DNA of 64,000 nucleotides from a virus: IMG/VR virus record IMGVR_UViG_3300045988_056849; one strand, 5' to 3'. Shown piece by piece: positions 43,351 to 51,980 of this stretch (position 1 is its first letter; each line of letters starts with the position of its first letter). The notes under the pieces were generated by a model. It saw only the letters and a program-made list of their open reading frames with translations, ran no database searches and was not told where the DNA came from. The position numbers and the translations under genes were made by a program.

Positions 43351-45318
43351 ATGGCAAATAAAGAAGAAACAATTGAAAAGGCTGTAAGCCGTCAGGTTGG
43401 TGATACCCACCCGAACGGTAAATGGGTTTGGACAGAGTATAAGCCTGGCAAGTTCGACTGGCGTCCAATCAAAGGCAAGAAAGCACAGCAATCGGGTGAT
43501 GGTTCATCTTCGGGGGGAGAGGATGACGGAGCGACCAAGAAAACTCCTTCAAAGCCTTCCGCATCTCAAATAGCAGGAGCGAAGGCGAAAGCTGGGAAGC
43601 CTATGAACTCCCAGCAATTATTGGTTTGGGCTCAAAAGACTTCTGATGATAACCTTCTCAAAGTAGCTAACAGCAAGAACGGAAACGCTCAGATGCGAAA
43701 GATAGCGTATGACGCTCTGGAACAGAGAGGGTTTGATATGTCGCAGGTTGATACTTCGGGAACGCTTGCCCAGCTCATGAAAATGACAGGCAAGAAGGGA
43801 GCTGCTGCGACTTCGGGAGACGATGATGAGGACGTGGTAGCAGATACCAACGATGACGCAACCGTAGATATTGACGATGACTCTGACGGAGGTACGGACG
43901 GCAACAAGATAACTGAAAAATGGTATCTTGACCGAAACGATGACCGTGTGAAAAAAGCATTCAACTTGAAGACAAAGGAAGGACGTATCAAGTACGACCA
44001 GTTTGTTTACAAGATGAAGAAGAAAGAAAAGGACTACAAAAATCCAGTAGAAGTCGTACAAGACTTGAACGAACAATATTTGGAGTTCTTGGATAACGAT
44101 GAGCAACGCTTCATGATTTCTGCGGGCGGTGCTGGTATCGGTAAGTCATACGGCTTTAACAAAATGGCGGAACTGTTGAACATGAAGCCGTTTGAAGAAG
44201 GAGACTCACCAGGTGATGGAGACTACGATATATTTGAGGCTCCTGACGTTAATTCGGGAAAGCAGCTGCTTAATATCCTCAAAGCTCACAACGGCAAAAT
44301 CATTGTATTCGATGATAACGATAAGGTGTTAAAGAGAGCCGACTGTGCGAGTGTTATGAAGAAGGCTACTGCTACGACAGGCAGACGTGTCGTTGGTGAC
44401 CCTGATGACGTCAAGCAAAACTTCGAGTTCACAGGACGTATTATCATCATGACGAACAAAGACCTTGCTGCGTTATCCGAAAGCGAGGATACAAAGGCAA
44501 TCATAAGCCGTGCTATGATGGTATCTGAAATCTATATGACGGTGCCTGAAACTATCGAAGTAATGGAAAGCCGTTACCAAGATTATGAGTTTCCATCAGC
44601 TCCGAGACTTGACGATGAAGCAGCGGATAAGAAGGAACGTGATGAAATCATGAACCTTATTAAGAAGAACCAAAAGAACATTGACCCTTCTCAGTTCACC
44701 ACACGTACATTCCAAGAAATACTTACCAACAAACGTAAAGTTGATAAGGCAAATGAGAAACGCTCTAATCCAGCATTTGCTGCCCTTATCGGTAATAAGA
44801 ATAAGGACTGGAAGGAAGTTGCTCTGGGAGTGCTTACGAAGGCAGCAATGAATGACTTCGGTGGCGTAGAGCCGAGCGATGAACTACTGAAAGCCGAAGA
44901 GGTTTTGTTTGAAAAGGGTGAGTGTCCTGAAGATGATGGAGTTGATTACACTGTTGACGAGCCTGAAGAGGAGATTGACGATGTAGAGAAAGCGGAGGAA
45001 GTTCTGTTTGATGAGGATGATACCGATATTTTCAAGGCTGACTTCTCCGAGAAGGAACGCAAGAAACTTGCTAAGAAGAAAGAAGCAATGCCTGACGGTT
45101 CATTCCCTATCCGTAACACTTCGGACTTGAAGAACGCAATTCAGGCTGTCGGCAGGGCGAAAGACCCAGACAAAGCCAAAGCATGGATTAAGAAAAGGGC
45201 AAAGGCTCTTGGTAAGGAGGACTTGCTGCCTGATACTTGGAAGGCTGAGGACGTTCTCAACTTCGGAGAAGAAGACATGGACTTACAAAAAGCAGAATCA
45301 ATTCTATTCAGTAAATAA
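43351..45318 (+). CDS. P-loop (AAA-like) ATPase with N-terminal WTEY-DWR module and C-terminal KAExVLF repeats
   Basis: Walker A ISAGGAGIGKSYG (44125-44148), Walker B GKIIVFDDND, RIIIMTNKD. Four KAE[EDS][VI]L[FN] repeats lie at 44890-45309. Also carries a MPDGSFPIRNTSDLKNAIQAVGRAK motif. Confidence 0.65.
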   Translation: MANKEETIEKAVSRQVGDTHPNGKWVWTEYKPGKFDWRPIKGKKAQQSGDGSSSGGEDDGATKKTPSKPSASQIAGAKAKAGKPMNSQQLLVWAQKTSDDNLLKVANSKNGNAQMRKIAYDALEQRGFDMSQVDTSGTLAQLMKMTGKKGAAATSGDDDEDVVADTNDDATVDIDDDSDGGTDGNKITEKWYLDRNDDRVKKAFNLKTKEGRIKYDQFVYKMKKKEKDYKNPVEVVQDLNEQYLEFLDNDEQRFMISAGGAGIGKSYGFNKMAELLNMKPFEEGDSPGDGDYDIFEAPDVNSGKQLLNILKAHNGKIIVFDDNDKVLKRADCASVMKKATATTGRRVVGDPDDVKQNFEFTGRIIIMTNKDLAALSESEDTKAIISRAMMVSEIYMTVPETIEVMESRYQDYEFPSAPRLDDEAADKKERDEIMNLIKKNQKNIDPSQFTTRTFQEILTNKRKVDKANEKRSNPAFAALIGNKNKDWKEVALGVLTKAAMNDFGGVEPSDELLKAEEVLFEKGECPEDDGVDYTVDEPEEEIDDVEKAEEVLFDEDDTDIFKADFSEKERKKLAKKKEAMPDGSFPIRNTSDLKNAIQAVGRAKDPDKAKAWIKKRAKALGKEDLLPDTWKAEDVLNFGEEDMDLQKAESILFSK

Positions 45319-45320
45319 CA

Positions 45321-47693
45321 ATGAAAGAAATAAAGAAAGCGTTGGAAACTATTGCCCTCAAAAATTCTGAGGGCGTAGTTTCCGATGACCTTCTGATTAA
45401 GGCTTGCGATGCTTACAAGATAAAGTCCGATGATTTTCTTGACGACTATGATTATCATGTATGCGTCGCAAAGTCTTTGTACGACCATCTCAACGGAATA
45501 GAGCCTGATGAAGAAATTTGTAAGGCAGTAGTTCCTGGTCAAACGAAGGTTGTCGATGGAGTAATGTATATTTATACCGCAACACCTGGTGCTAAGACTA
45601 AGTATGATTGGCGAGTATTCAAAGGCAAGAAGAAGGTTGGTAAGCAGGTAGATGATACGAAAGCTAAGGCAAAACAACAATATATCAACGAGTTATTTCC
45701 AACCGATTTAAGCACTTTGAAAGTCGTTAAGAGGTTAGGCGGTAGCACTGGGGCTCAATTAGTAGAGGATGCTAAGGGCAATCAATACGTGATGAAGAAA
45801 GGCACGAACACTTCCAGTGGTCATGTAAAATCAGAGTTCCTGACTAATCAATTATACGAAATTCTTGGTCAAAAAGTTCCTGACTTTGAGCTTTATGATG
45901 ATAACGGAGAAGCAGTGATGCTATCGAAGTTCATACCTATGGCGCAAGCTCCGAGTGCTAAGAACTACGATGATATGGCAAAAGGGTTTATCGTTGATGC
46001 TCTTTTAGCAAACTGGGATATTTATCAGAACGACAATTGTTTAATTGATTCAGCTGGAAGAGTCATTCGAGTTGATAATGGAGGTGCTTTGAGTTATAGA
46101 GCTCAAGGCAGTAAGAAGGTATTTGGGAATATTGTAGATGAATTCCTTTCAATGCAAAAATATAATCCATCTATTGTTGCTAATCTTAAAGACGAAGATT
46201 ATATAAAACAAATTGAAGATGTATTAACTAAGCGTGACGATGTAATCAATTTTTTAGAAGAAAGTCCATGGACTCAAAATACAGGATATGCTAAAACTAT
46301 TTCTGGACGTTTTCAAGATTTGGAGCGTATTAAGAACGATTTGGAAGCAAAACTTGCTAAGAAGAACAAAAAGATATTGCCGAGAAAGCTCAAGAGCGAT
46401 GCTGATATGTATCGGGAGTTATCTGATGATGAGCTGGACGCTATATGGAAGGGTCAATCAGGCTCCGATTATTGGCGTAAACTCAATGCTACAAATTATA
46501 CCGTAGGTTGGGAGCTATTAAGTACGATATGTGCTGAAAGAGGTTTTACTGCCCGTCCAAACGTAGTAGATGAAGCGGAATATTGGAACGCTGTTAAGCA
46601 ATCAAAATATCAAATGTTCCGTGGGTTATCGGACGGAGGAGGACACGATGCGGAGTATTATGCCGATGATTTCAAATACAATGATAATTGTTTCTATGGA
46701 ACTATTGGTATTCACGGCTCTGGTATCTATGCTCACGTAAATGACGGAGACCACGACAAGAGTAATACTCAAACGACATATAAGAAGTCCGATGCTTACA
46801 ACGCTGCGAGAAGTTATGCTGGCCGTTCGGGAGAGATACTTGAATGCGTTCTTGACCCTTCGGCAAAAGTCGCTTTGGTTCCTGATTTGAAGAAGGAAAT
46901 ACTCAGTTTGGTAACCTTTGACAAAGCAGCTGTTGATGCGAAGCAGCTTGAGATTGATAGCCTAAACTCACAGCTGAAGAAGCAACAGGATGACCTCAAT
47001 AACATAACGGATAAGACCGAGAAGGAAATCAAAGAAAAGATGCACTGGGACGAAGATACGCTTGTAATGTCCCAACTTGAAATTGATAATACTGATTGGG
47101 GGAAACTGAACGATAACGGTGACCCAGACTATCCTACGTTTGAGGACTTCGTTGAGAAGAAGATGTTTGATTGGGTTAAGAAGAATGGCGGTACAGTAAC
47201 CGAGAAGGGGAAAGGAACGGATGTATATGTATTCACTTTGCCTAACAGTAAAGAGAAGTTCATGTTGAGTCGTTTTCAATGGGAGAACAACGCCATTAAA
47301 CGCAAGAATGCTTTTAGTAAAGCATACAACTATCCTTTGAAACGCTTCCAAGATTGGATGATGAAAGAACACTACGGTGTTATCAATAAAAAGGTAGCGA
47401 AGGAGCTTGAGCACATTGGAGACAAAGTTACTAACTTACAATCAGACATAAAGGTAACAAAGAACGAATTGAACGTCAAAACTTCCGAAATGGCAGACTT
47501 GAAGAAAACGAAAGACCCAAATGGAGACATTATTTCGGGCATCTACGAGTCAGTCAGAGGAGGAAGCAAAGAAGCTATTGGAACATACGCTGCGTTGAAA
47601 GGTTATGACGCTATTGTCGAGCCTCACGGAAACGGTGGCCCAAATTCGTTCATGATTATTCTCAACCGTAGTAAAGTAATTGTTAAAAAGTAA
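45321..47693 (+). CDS. multidomain (polyvalent-type) protein: protein-kinase-like domain + possible ADP-ribosyltransferase-like domain
   Basis: Kinase-like order and spacing: LGGSTGAQ (G-loop), YVMKKG (Lys), SEFLTNQLYE, VDALLANWD (D-x4-N), RVDNGG (DxG). Downstream: QMFRGL ... HGSGIYAH ... GEILECVL. Confidence 0.55.
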   Translation: MKEIKKALETIALKNSEGVVSDDLLIKACDAYKIKSDDFLDDYDYHVCVAKSLYDHLNGIEPDEEICKAVVPGQTKVVDGVMYIYTATPGAKTKYDWRVFKGKKKVGKQVDDTKAKAKQQYINELFPTDLSTLKVVKRLGGSTGAQLVEDAKGNQYVMKKGTNTSSGHVKSEFLTNQLYEILGQKVPDFELYDDNGEAVMLSKFIPMAQAPSAKNYDDMAKGFIVDALLANWDIYQNDNCLIDSAGRVIRVDNGGALSYRAQGSKKVFGNIVDEFLSMQKYNPSIVANLKDEDYIKQIEDVLTKRDDVINFLEESPWTQNTGYAKTISGRFQDLERIKNDLEAKLAKKNKKILPRKLKSDADMYRELSDDELDAIWKGQSGSDYWRKLNATNYTVGWELLSTICAERGFTARPNVVDEAEYWNAVKQSKYQMFRGLSDGGGHDAEYYADDFKYNDNCFYGTIGIHGSGIYAHVNDGDHDKSNTQTTYKKSDAYNAARSYAGRSGEILECVLDPSAKVALVPDLKKEILSLVTFDKAAVDAKQLEIDSLNSQLKKQQDDLNNITDKTEKEIKEKMHWDEDTLVMSQLEIDNTDWGKLNDNGDPDYPTFEDFVEKKMFDWVKKNGGTVTEKGKGTDVYVFTLPNSKEKFMLSRFQWENNAIKRKNAFSKAYNYPLKRFQDWMMKEHYGVINKKVAKELEHIGDKVTNLQSDIKVTKNELNVKTSEMADLKKTKDPNGDIISGIYESVRGGSKEAIGTYAALKGYDAIVEPHGNGGPNSFMIILNRSKVIVKK

Positions 47694-47696
47694 GTC

Positions 47697-48062
47697 ATGG
47701 AAAGAGAAAGACTTGTATCAATAGTAGGAGGCAGAGCCGTCAAATATGTCGGACTGAAAAAACCTTCTCAAATAATTCCGTTCAAAGGAAACTTCCCACT
47801 GCTTGAGCCTTATCAGATTGCTCTATACAACGAAGCAATTCAGAGTACAGAGAAGATAGAGGACTTGAGCGAGGAGTTTCAGAAAGTAACGGAGAAGGGG
47901 AACAGGATTGCTCTATTGGAAGAAGGCTTCAAAAAATATCTATCCGAGTATAATATCACGGTGGATGATTTCATGAAGCTCAGCAACTCTGATAAATCGG
48001 ATAAGCTAATGAATTGGCTCAACCGAGATTGTATTGATTTTTCACAACTAACAATAAAGTAA
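47697..48062 (+). CDS. hypothetical protein (121 aa)
   Basis: Starts 4 nt after the previous stop. Confidence 0.55.
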   Translation: MERERLVSIVGGRAVKYVGLKKPSQIIPFKGNFPLLEPYQIALYNEAIQSTEKIEDLSEEFQKVTEKGNRIALLEEGFKKYLSEYNITVDDFMKLSNSDKSDKLMNWLNRDCIDFSQLTIK

Positions 48063-48063
48063 G

Positions 48064-48474
48064 ATGGCAGATTTTAATGTAGCCTATAAACGAACAGAGA
48101 AGTTTGAGGGCAAAAACGTCTATACAAAAACACCTGGCGATGCGGGAGGAGAAACTTGGAGCGGTATCAGCCGAGTAGCTAACCCAAATTGGGCAGGTTG
48201 GAAAATATTGGACGCTATTCCGAACAAGAAACATAATCAGGTCATCACTACTCCTGAATTGGAGAAACTGAAACTTGACCTTTATCGGAGTAACTATTGG
48301 AACCCAGTATGGGGTGATAAAATTAACAAACAAGAAGTTGCCAACGATATGTACGATACAGCCGTCAACATGGGGCCAGCTACGTCCATAAAGTTATCCG
48401 AGCGTCAGTTCAAGATGAAGGAAACTGGGAAGATGAGCAACGAGTTATTAACGAAATTGAATTCAGTGGTATGA
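48064..48474 (+). CDS. GH108-family lysozyme (N-acetylmuramidase), probable endolysin
   Basis: YKRTEKFEGKNVYTKTPGDAGGETWSGIS (E...GGxT.GIT-type GH108 signature). Confidence 0.7.
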   Translation: MADFNVAYKRTEKFEGKNVYTKTPGDAGGETWSGISRVANPNWAGWKILDAIPNKKHNQVITTPELEKLKLDLYRSNYWNPVWGDKINKQEVANDMYDTAVNMGPATSIKLSERQFKMKETGKMSNELLTKLNSVV

Positions 48475-48800
48475 AAACATTATTTATATGCTTGCTAACG
48501 GCATTAATGGTTAGCTGTGGTACGAGAGGTCAATCACCTTCGGAGCCTGTTCAGGTTATGCCTGATACCGTGTACGTTGAAGTTCCTACGTTAAATGAGG
48601 AACGGATAAAAGAACTTGAAGCAGATGTAGCCTTTTGGAAGAATGTAGCCGACAGTGTGAGTACAACTATTCCTTACGAAGATTACATGAATGCCCGAAG
48701 GATGGAGAAAATAAAGTATTATATCTCAATCACCGAGAAGAACTCAAATAATAAGCAGTTTTTTTACGGTTGGATAAAAAGAACCATGTCCGAACAATAG
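48471..48800 (+). CDS. lipoprotein (spanin-like position)
   Basis: ATGA overlap with the lysin gene. Signal peptide plus lipobox MKTLFICLLTALMVSCG. Confidence 0.55.
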   Translation: MKTLFICLLTALMVSCGTRGQSPSEPVQVMPDTVYVEVPTLNEERIKELEADVAFWKNVADSVSTTIPYEDYMNARRMEKIKYYISITEKNSNNKQFFYGWIKRTMSEQ

Positions 48801-48813
48801 CAATTTTCAATTG

Positions 48814-48823
48814 ACAGTTATAG
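48814..48823 (+). promoter_or_regulatory. ACAGTTATAG box, copy 6
   Basis: Exact 10-mer, 48 nt upstream of ATG 48872, immediately followed by a hairpin. Confidence 0.6.
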
Positions 48824-48825
48824 GG

Positions 48826-48865
48826 AAGGTCAAGAGTACAAAAACTTTTGACCTTTTCATTTTAT
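48826..48865 (+). terminator. hairpin + T-rich tract (terminator or 5'-UTR structure)
   Basis: AAGGTCAA (48826-48833) pairs with TTGACCTT (48848-48855), then TTCATTTT. Confidence 0.5.
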
Positions 48866-48871
48866 AGGAAT

Positions 48872-50383
48872 ATGGCAAAAACAAATTTAGAAGATAGATT
48901 CACCTTTTGGTGTCCTTTGGAGAAGGCGCAAGACCTTGACCTGACTACTGGTGAGCCAGTAATGAAGTTGGGCGGTATTGCTTCTACATCTGACGAGGAC
49001 AACGATGGAGAATTTCTTGACCCGAAGGGGTTTGATATTAAGCCGTTGATTGAAAGCGGTATGGTGAACTGGCACCATCAGGCGAAAGGTCAACCTGCTA
49101 CGATTATCGGAGAGCCTACAAAAGCAGAGATACGTCCAGAAGGACTGTACATTGAAACTGAACTCTATCCTTCAAGTAAGATAGCGTGCGATGTATGGGA
49201 GTTGGCAGAAACTCTTGAGAAGGATTCAAAGACAAGGCGGTTGGGTTATTCGATTGAAGGTAAAGTCGTGAAACGTAAATCGAATGATAAAAAGTCTCCT
49301 GACTATAAAAAGATTGTCAAAGCAATTATTACTGGCGTAGCTATCACCTACCAGCCTAAAAATCCAAAGACCTTTGCGAATATCATCAAAGGAGAGATTG
49401 ATGACGATTTTGAGGACGAGGAAGAAAAGGCATTGGATACCGAAACTGGTAAGGCTCTTAAAAAAGAGTCAGTGGACAAGAAAATCAAAAACCAAACTTT
49501 TTCAAAAGCAGAGGTTATCGAAAGGCTTTTCAAAGACATTCCAGGTATAAGTATTGAGAAAGCAGAAAAAATTCATTCATTGATATTAAAAATTGCGAGT
49601 ATGAAAGGTAAAAAAACAAAAGTAACCGATGAAGATATCAGCAAAGCATACGAAGCTCTTGGGCTGGACGTAGCTCCGACTGATATTGAAAAAGGTGAAG
49701 GTTGTGACGCCAATGGCGGACAGACCGAAAAAGAGCCTATCAAAAAAGCAAAGTCCAAATCAAAGGCTGAGGATGAAACTGATGACGTAGGAGATGACGG
49801 CACAGACGAAACCGAAGAGGAAGATGACGAGGAGGACGATGTTGAAGAGGCAAAGAAAGGAAAGATGAAGAAGGGCGGTGACGGTGTAAATCGTTTTGAC
49901 CGTATCGAAAAGGCAATTGCCACTTCTCATCAGATTAACTCTAAGTACATCAAAGCACTTGGGGTTATGGTTAAGGACGTTGCTCAGAAGGCTACCGCCA
50001 TTATGGACGAGAATGTCGAGTTGAAAGAGCTTGTAAAAGCTCAAGACGAGACTATCAGCGTAATGTCCGAGAAATTGGAAGCATTTGGTTCCGAAGTTCC
50101 TGCACCGAAGTCCATCAGTGCCGCACGCCCAGTAGAACGTCAGTTTGCTAAGGCAGAAGATACTGATATCACGAAGGGCGGTCAGGGTAAAGCGAAGAGC
50201 AACGCAATTTCTATGAGCAAAAATCCTCATGCTGTTGCCGAGCTTCTTGACCAAGCTACGTTCGCCAAAGGCTTCGATGACGAGTTCAGCAAAGCATGTA
50301 CAGCGTTTGAAGCCAACAAGGCTCTTCCTGCTAACATCATTGCTCGAATGAAGAACGAGTATGGCGTTGAAATTGTTAAATAA
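48872..50383 (+). CDS. prohead serine protease (HK97/S78-like) fused to a scaffold-like acidic/coiled-coil region
   Basis: KLGGIASTSDEDNDGEFLDPKGFD, MVNWHHQ (His), LGYSIEGKV (Ser). C-terminal D/E-rich and helical half. Start at ATG 48872, because the TTG 48848 extension lies inside the hairpin. Confidence 0.65.
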   Translation: MAKTNLEDRFTFWCPLEKAQDLDLTTGEPVMKLGGIASTSDEDNDGEFLDPKGFDIKPLIESGMVNWHHQAKGQPATIIGEPTKAEIRPEGLYIETELYPSSKIACDVWELAETLEKDSKTRRLGYSIEGKVVKRKSNDKKSPDYKKIVKAIITGVAITYQPKNPKTFANIIKGEIDDDFEDEEEKALDTETGKALKKESVDKKIKNQTFSKAEVIERLFKDIPGISIEKAEKIHSLILKIASMKGKKTKVTDEDISKAYEALGLDVAPTDIEKGEGCDANGGQTEKEPIKKAKSKSKAEDETDDVGDDGTDETEEEDDEEDDVEEAKKGKMKKGGDGVNRFDRIEKAIATSHQINSKYIKALGVMVKDVAQKATAIMDENVELKELVKAQDETISVMSEKLEAFGSEVPAPKSISAARPVERQFAKAEDTDITKGGQGKAKSNAISMSKNPHAVAELLDQATFAKGFDDEFSKACTAFEANKALPANIIARMKNEYGVEIVK

Positions 50384-50409
50384 ACAACAACTTTTATAAT
50401 AAGCGAAAA

Positions 50410-51903
50410 ATGGAAAGATTATCTATCAACTTGGCTGATTACGGCTATGCCGCTCAGCAGGATGGTTTCCACTCTGGTATGCATGGTAGCGAAAACCTTG
50501 ACCAACTGAACAAGGCTCTTGCTGCTGAGCAGATTACAGGACGTGAAACTGCCGACCTGACTACTACGTCAGGTGCTCCGTTGAAGGTTGAATCTTTGGA
50601 GAAAACTCTGAAGCATATCACCTTCCGTGAGAGCGACATTCGCCTTTGGAAAGACCTTCCGAAAAAGGTTGCGTATAATACCGTAGAAGAGTACAACCAG
50701 CAAACTTCTTATGGTGCTAATCGGGGTGGCTGGAACAGAGAAGGTGAATTGCCCGAAGAGGAAGATTCAATCTTTGTTCGTAGAGCTCAGTTGGTGAAAT
50801 ACCTTGGTGTTACCAAGTCCGTAACTCACCAGATGACTCTTGTAAACACAATGATTGGTTCCGTAATGGAGCGTACTATCAAAGATGGAACGCTTTGGAT
50901 TTTGCGTACCTTGAACCAAGGTCTGTACTTCGGTAACGAAAAACTTGTACCTGAACAGTTCAACGGCTTCTTGGCTCAGCAGATGCAGTCTGACGCTTGG
51001 GCTTCTTATGCCGATTACATGAACTCCGAGATGGTTGTTGACCTTCGTGGTTCGGCTCTTACCGAAGATGCGATTGAAACAGCTGCCAACTCTATCGTAG
51101 AAAACTACGGACTTGGTACCCAGCTTTATGGGCCACCCGCAGTACTTTCTTCTTTCGTGAAGAACTTCTATGGTAACAAGTTCATTGTTCCGAATACTCC
51201 GAGCTTGAGCAACGGTATTATGGGACAGAGGGTTCAGGCATTTGACTCTCAGTTTGGACAGATTGGTTTGAACCATGACGTATTCTTCAAGAAACTTCCG
51301 AGCAAAACTGCCGCAAGTCCTGCCAACTCTCAGAAAGCTCCGAACAAGCCTGTATGGGACGCATCGACTGCTGCTGCCGTTCAGAACGGTATTGCTGGTA
51401 GCAAATGGGCTTCAACCGATGCTGGTAACGTATTTTATGGTGTAGTTGCTATCAACCGCTTCGGTGAGTCTGATATGGCAATCTATAACACCGCTGTTGC
51501 TGCCGTTGCCAATGGTGCTATTGACCTGAAGTTTGCTGATGGAGGCGGTGTAAACAAAGCAACTGCTTACCGTATCTATCGTACCAAAGTCGGTGGCTCT
51601 GCTACTGGTGAGTTCTTCCCGCTGTTTGACGTTTCTCTGGACGACTTGACCCGTGGTTATGACGGTGGAGCACCTGGTATCATTCGTGATATGAACCGCT
51701 TCTTGCCTGACTGCGACCAGTCTGCTCTGTTCCAGTTCGATAACGAAGTAGTTGAGTTTGCTCAGCTTGCTCCTCTGATGAAGATGGATTTGGCTGTTCT
51801 TTCTCCTGCATTCCGCTTCATGGTGCTGCTTTATGGAACTCCGTTCCTTTATGCTCCGAAGAAGATGGTGCGCTTCATCAACATCGGCAAGTTCGTAAAA
51901 TAA
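50410..51903 (+). CDS. major capsid protein
   Basis: 497 aa, directly after the protease-scaffold gene and followed by the strongest terminator in the window. Called on position and size. Confidence 0.65.
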   Translation: MERLSINLADYGYAAQQDGFHSGMHGSENLDQLNKALAAEQITGRETADLTTTSGAPLKVESLEKTLKHITFRESDIRLWKDLPKKVAYNTVEEYNQQTSYGANRGGWNREGELPEEEDSIFVRRAQLVKYLGVTKSVTHQMTLVNTMIGSVMERTIKDGTLWILRTLNQGLYFGNEKLVPEQFNGFLAQQMQSDAWASYADYMNSEMVVDLRGSALTEDAIETAANSIVENYGLGTQLYGPPAVLSSFVKNFYGNKFIVPNTPSLSNGIMGQRVQAFDSQFGQIGLNHDVFFKKLPSKTAASPANSQKAPNKPVWDASTAAAVQNGIAGSKWASTDAGNVFYGVVAINRFGESDMAIYNTAVAAVANGAIDLKFADGGGVNKATAYRIYRTKVGGSATGEFFPLFDVSLDDLTRGYDGGAPGIIRDMNRFLPDCDQSALFQFDNEVVEFAQLAPLMKMDLAVLSPAFRFMVLLYGTPFLYAPKKMVRFINIGKFVK

Positions 51904-51929
51904 CCGATAAACAATTGTTTAATTGAGAG

Positions 51930-51963
51930 AAGGGGTGGGTGCTTTGCCCCACTCCTTTTTTCT
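51930..51963 (+). terminator. rho-independent terminator
   Basis: AAGGGGTGGG (51930-51939) pairs with CCCACTCCTT (51948-51957): 10 bp including 1 G:U, then TTTTTT. Confidence 0.75.
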
Positions 51964-51980
51964 TAAATCGTAAAATTAAA

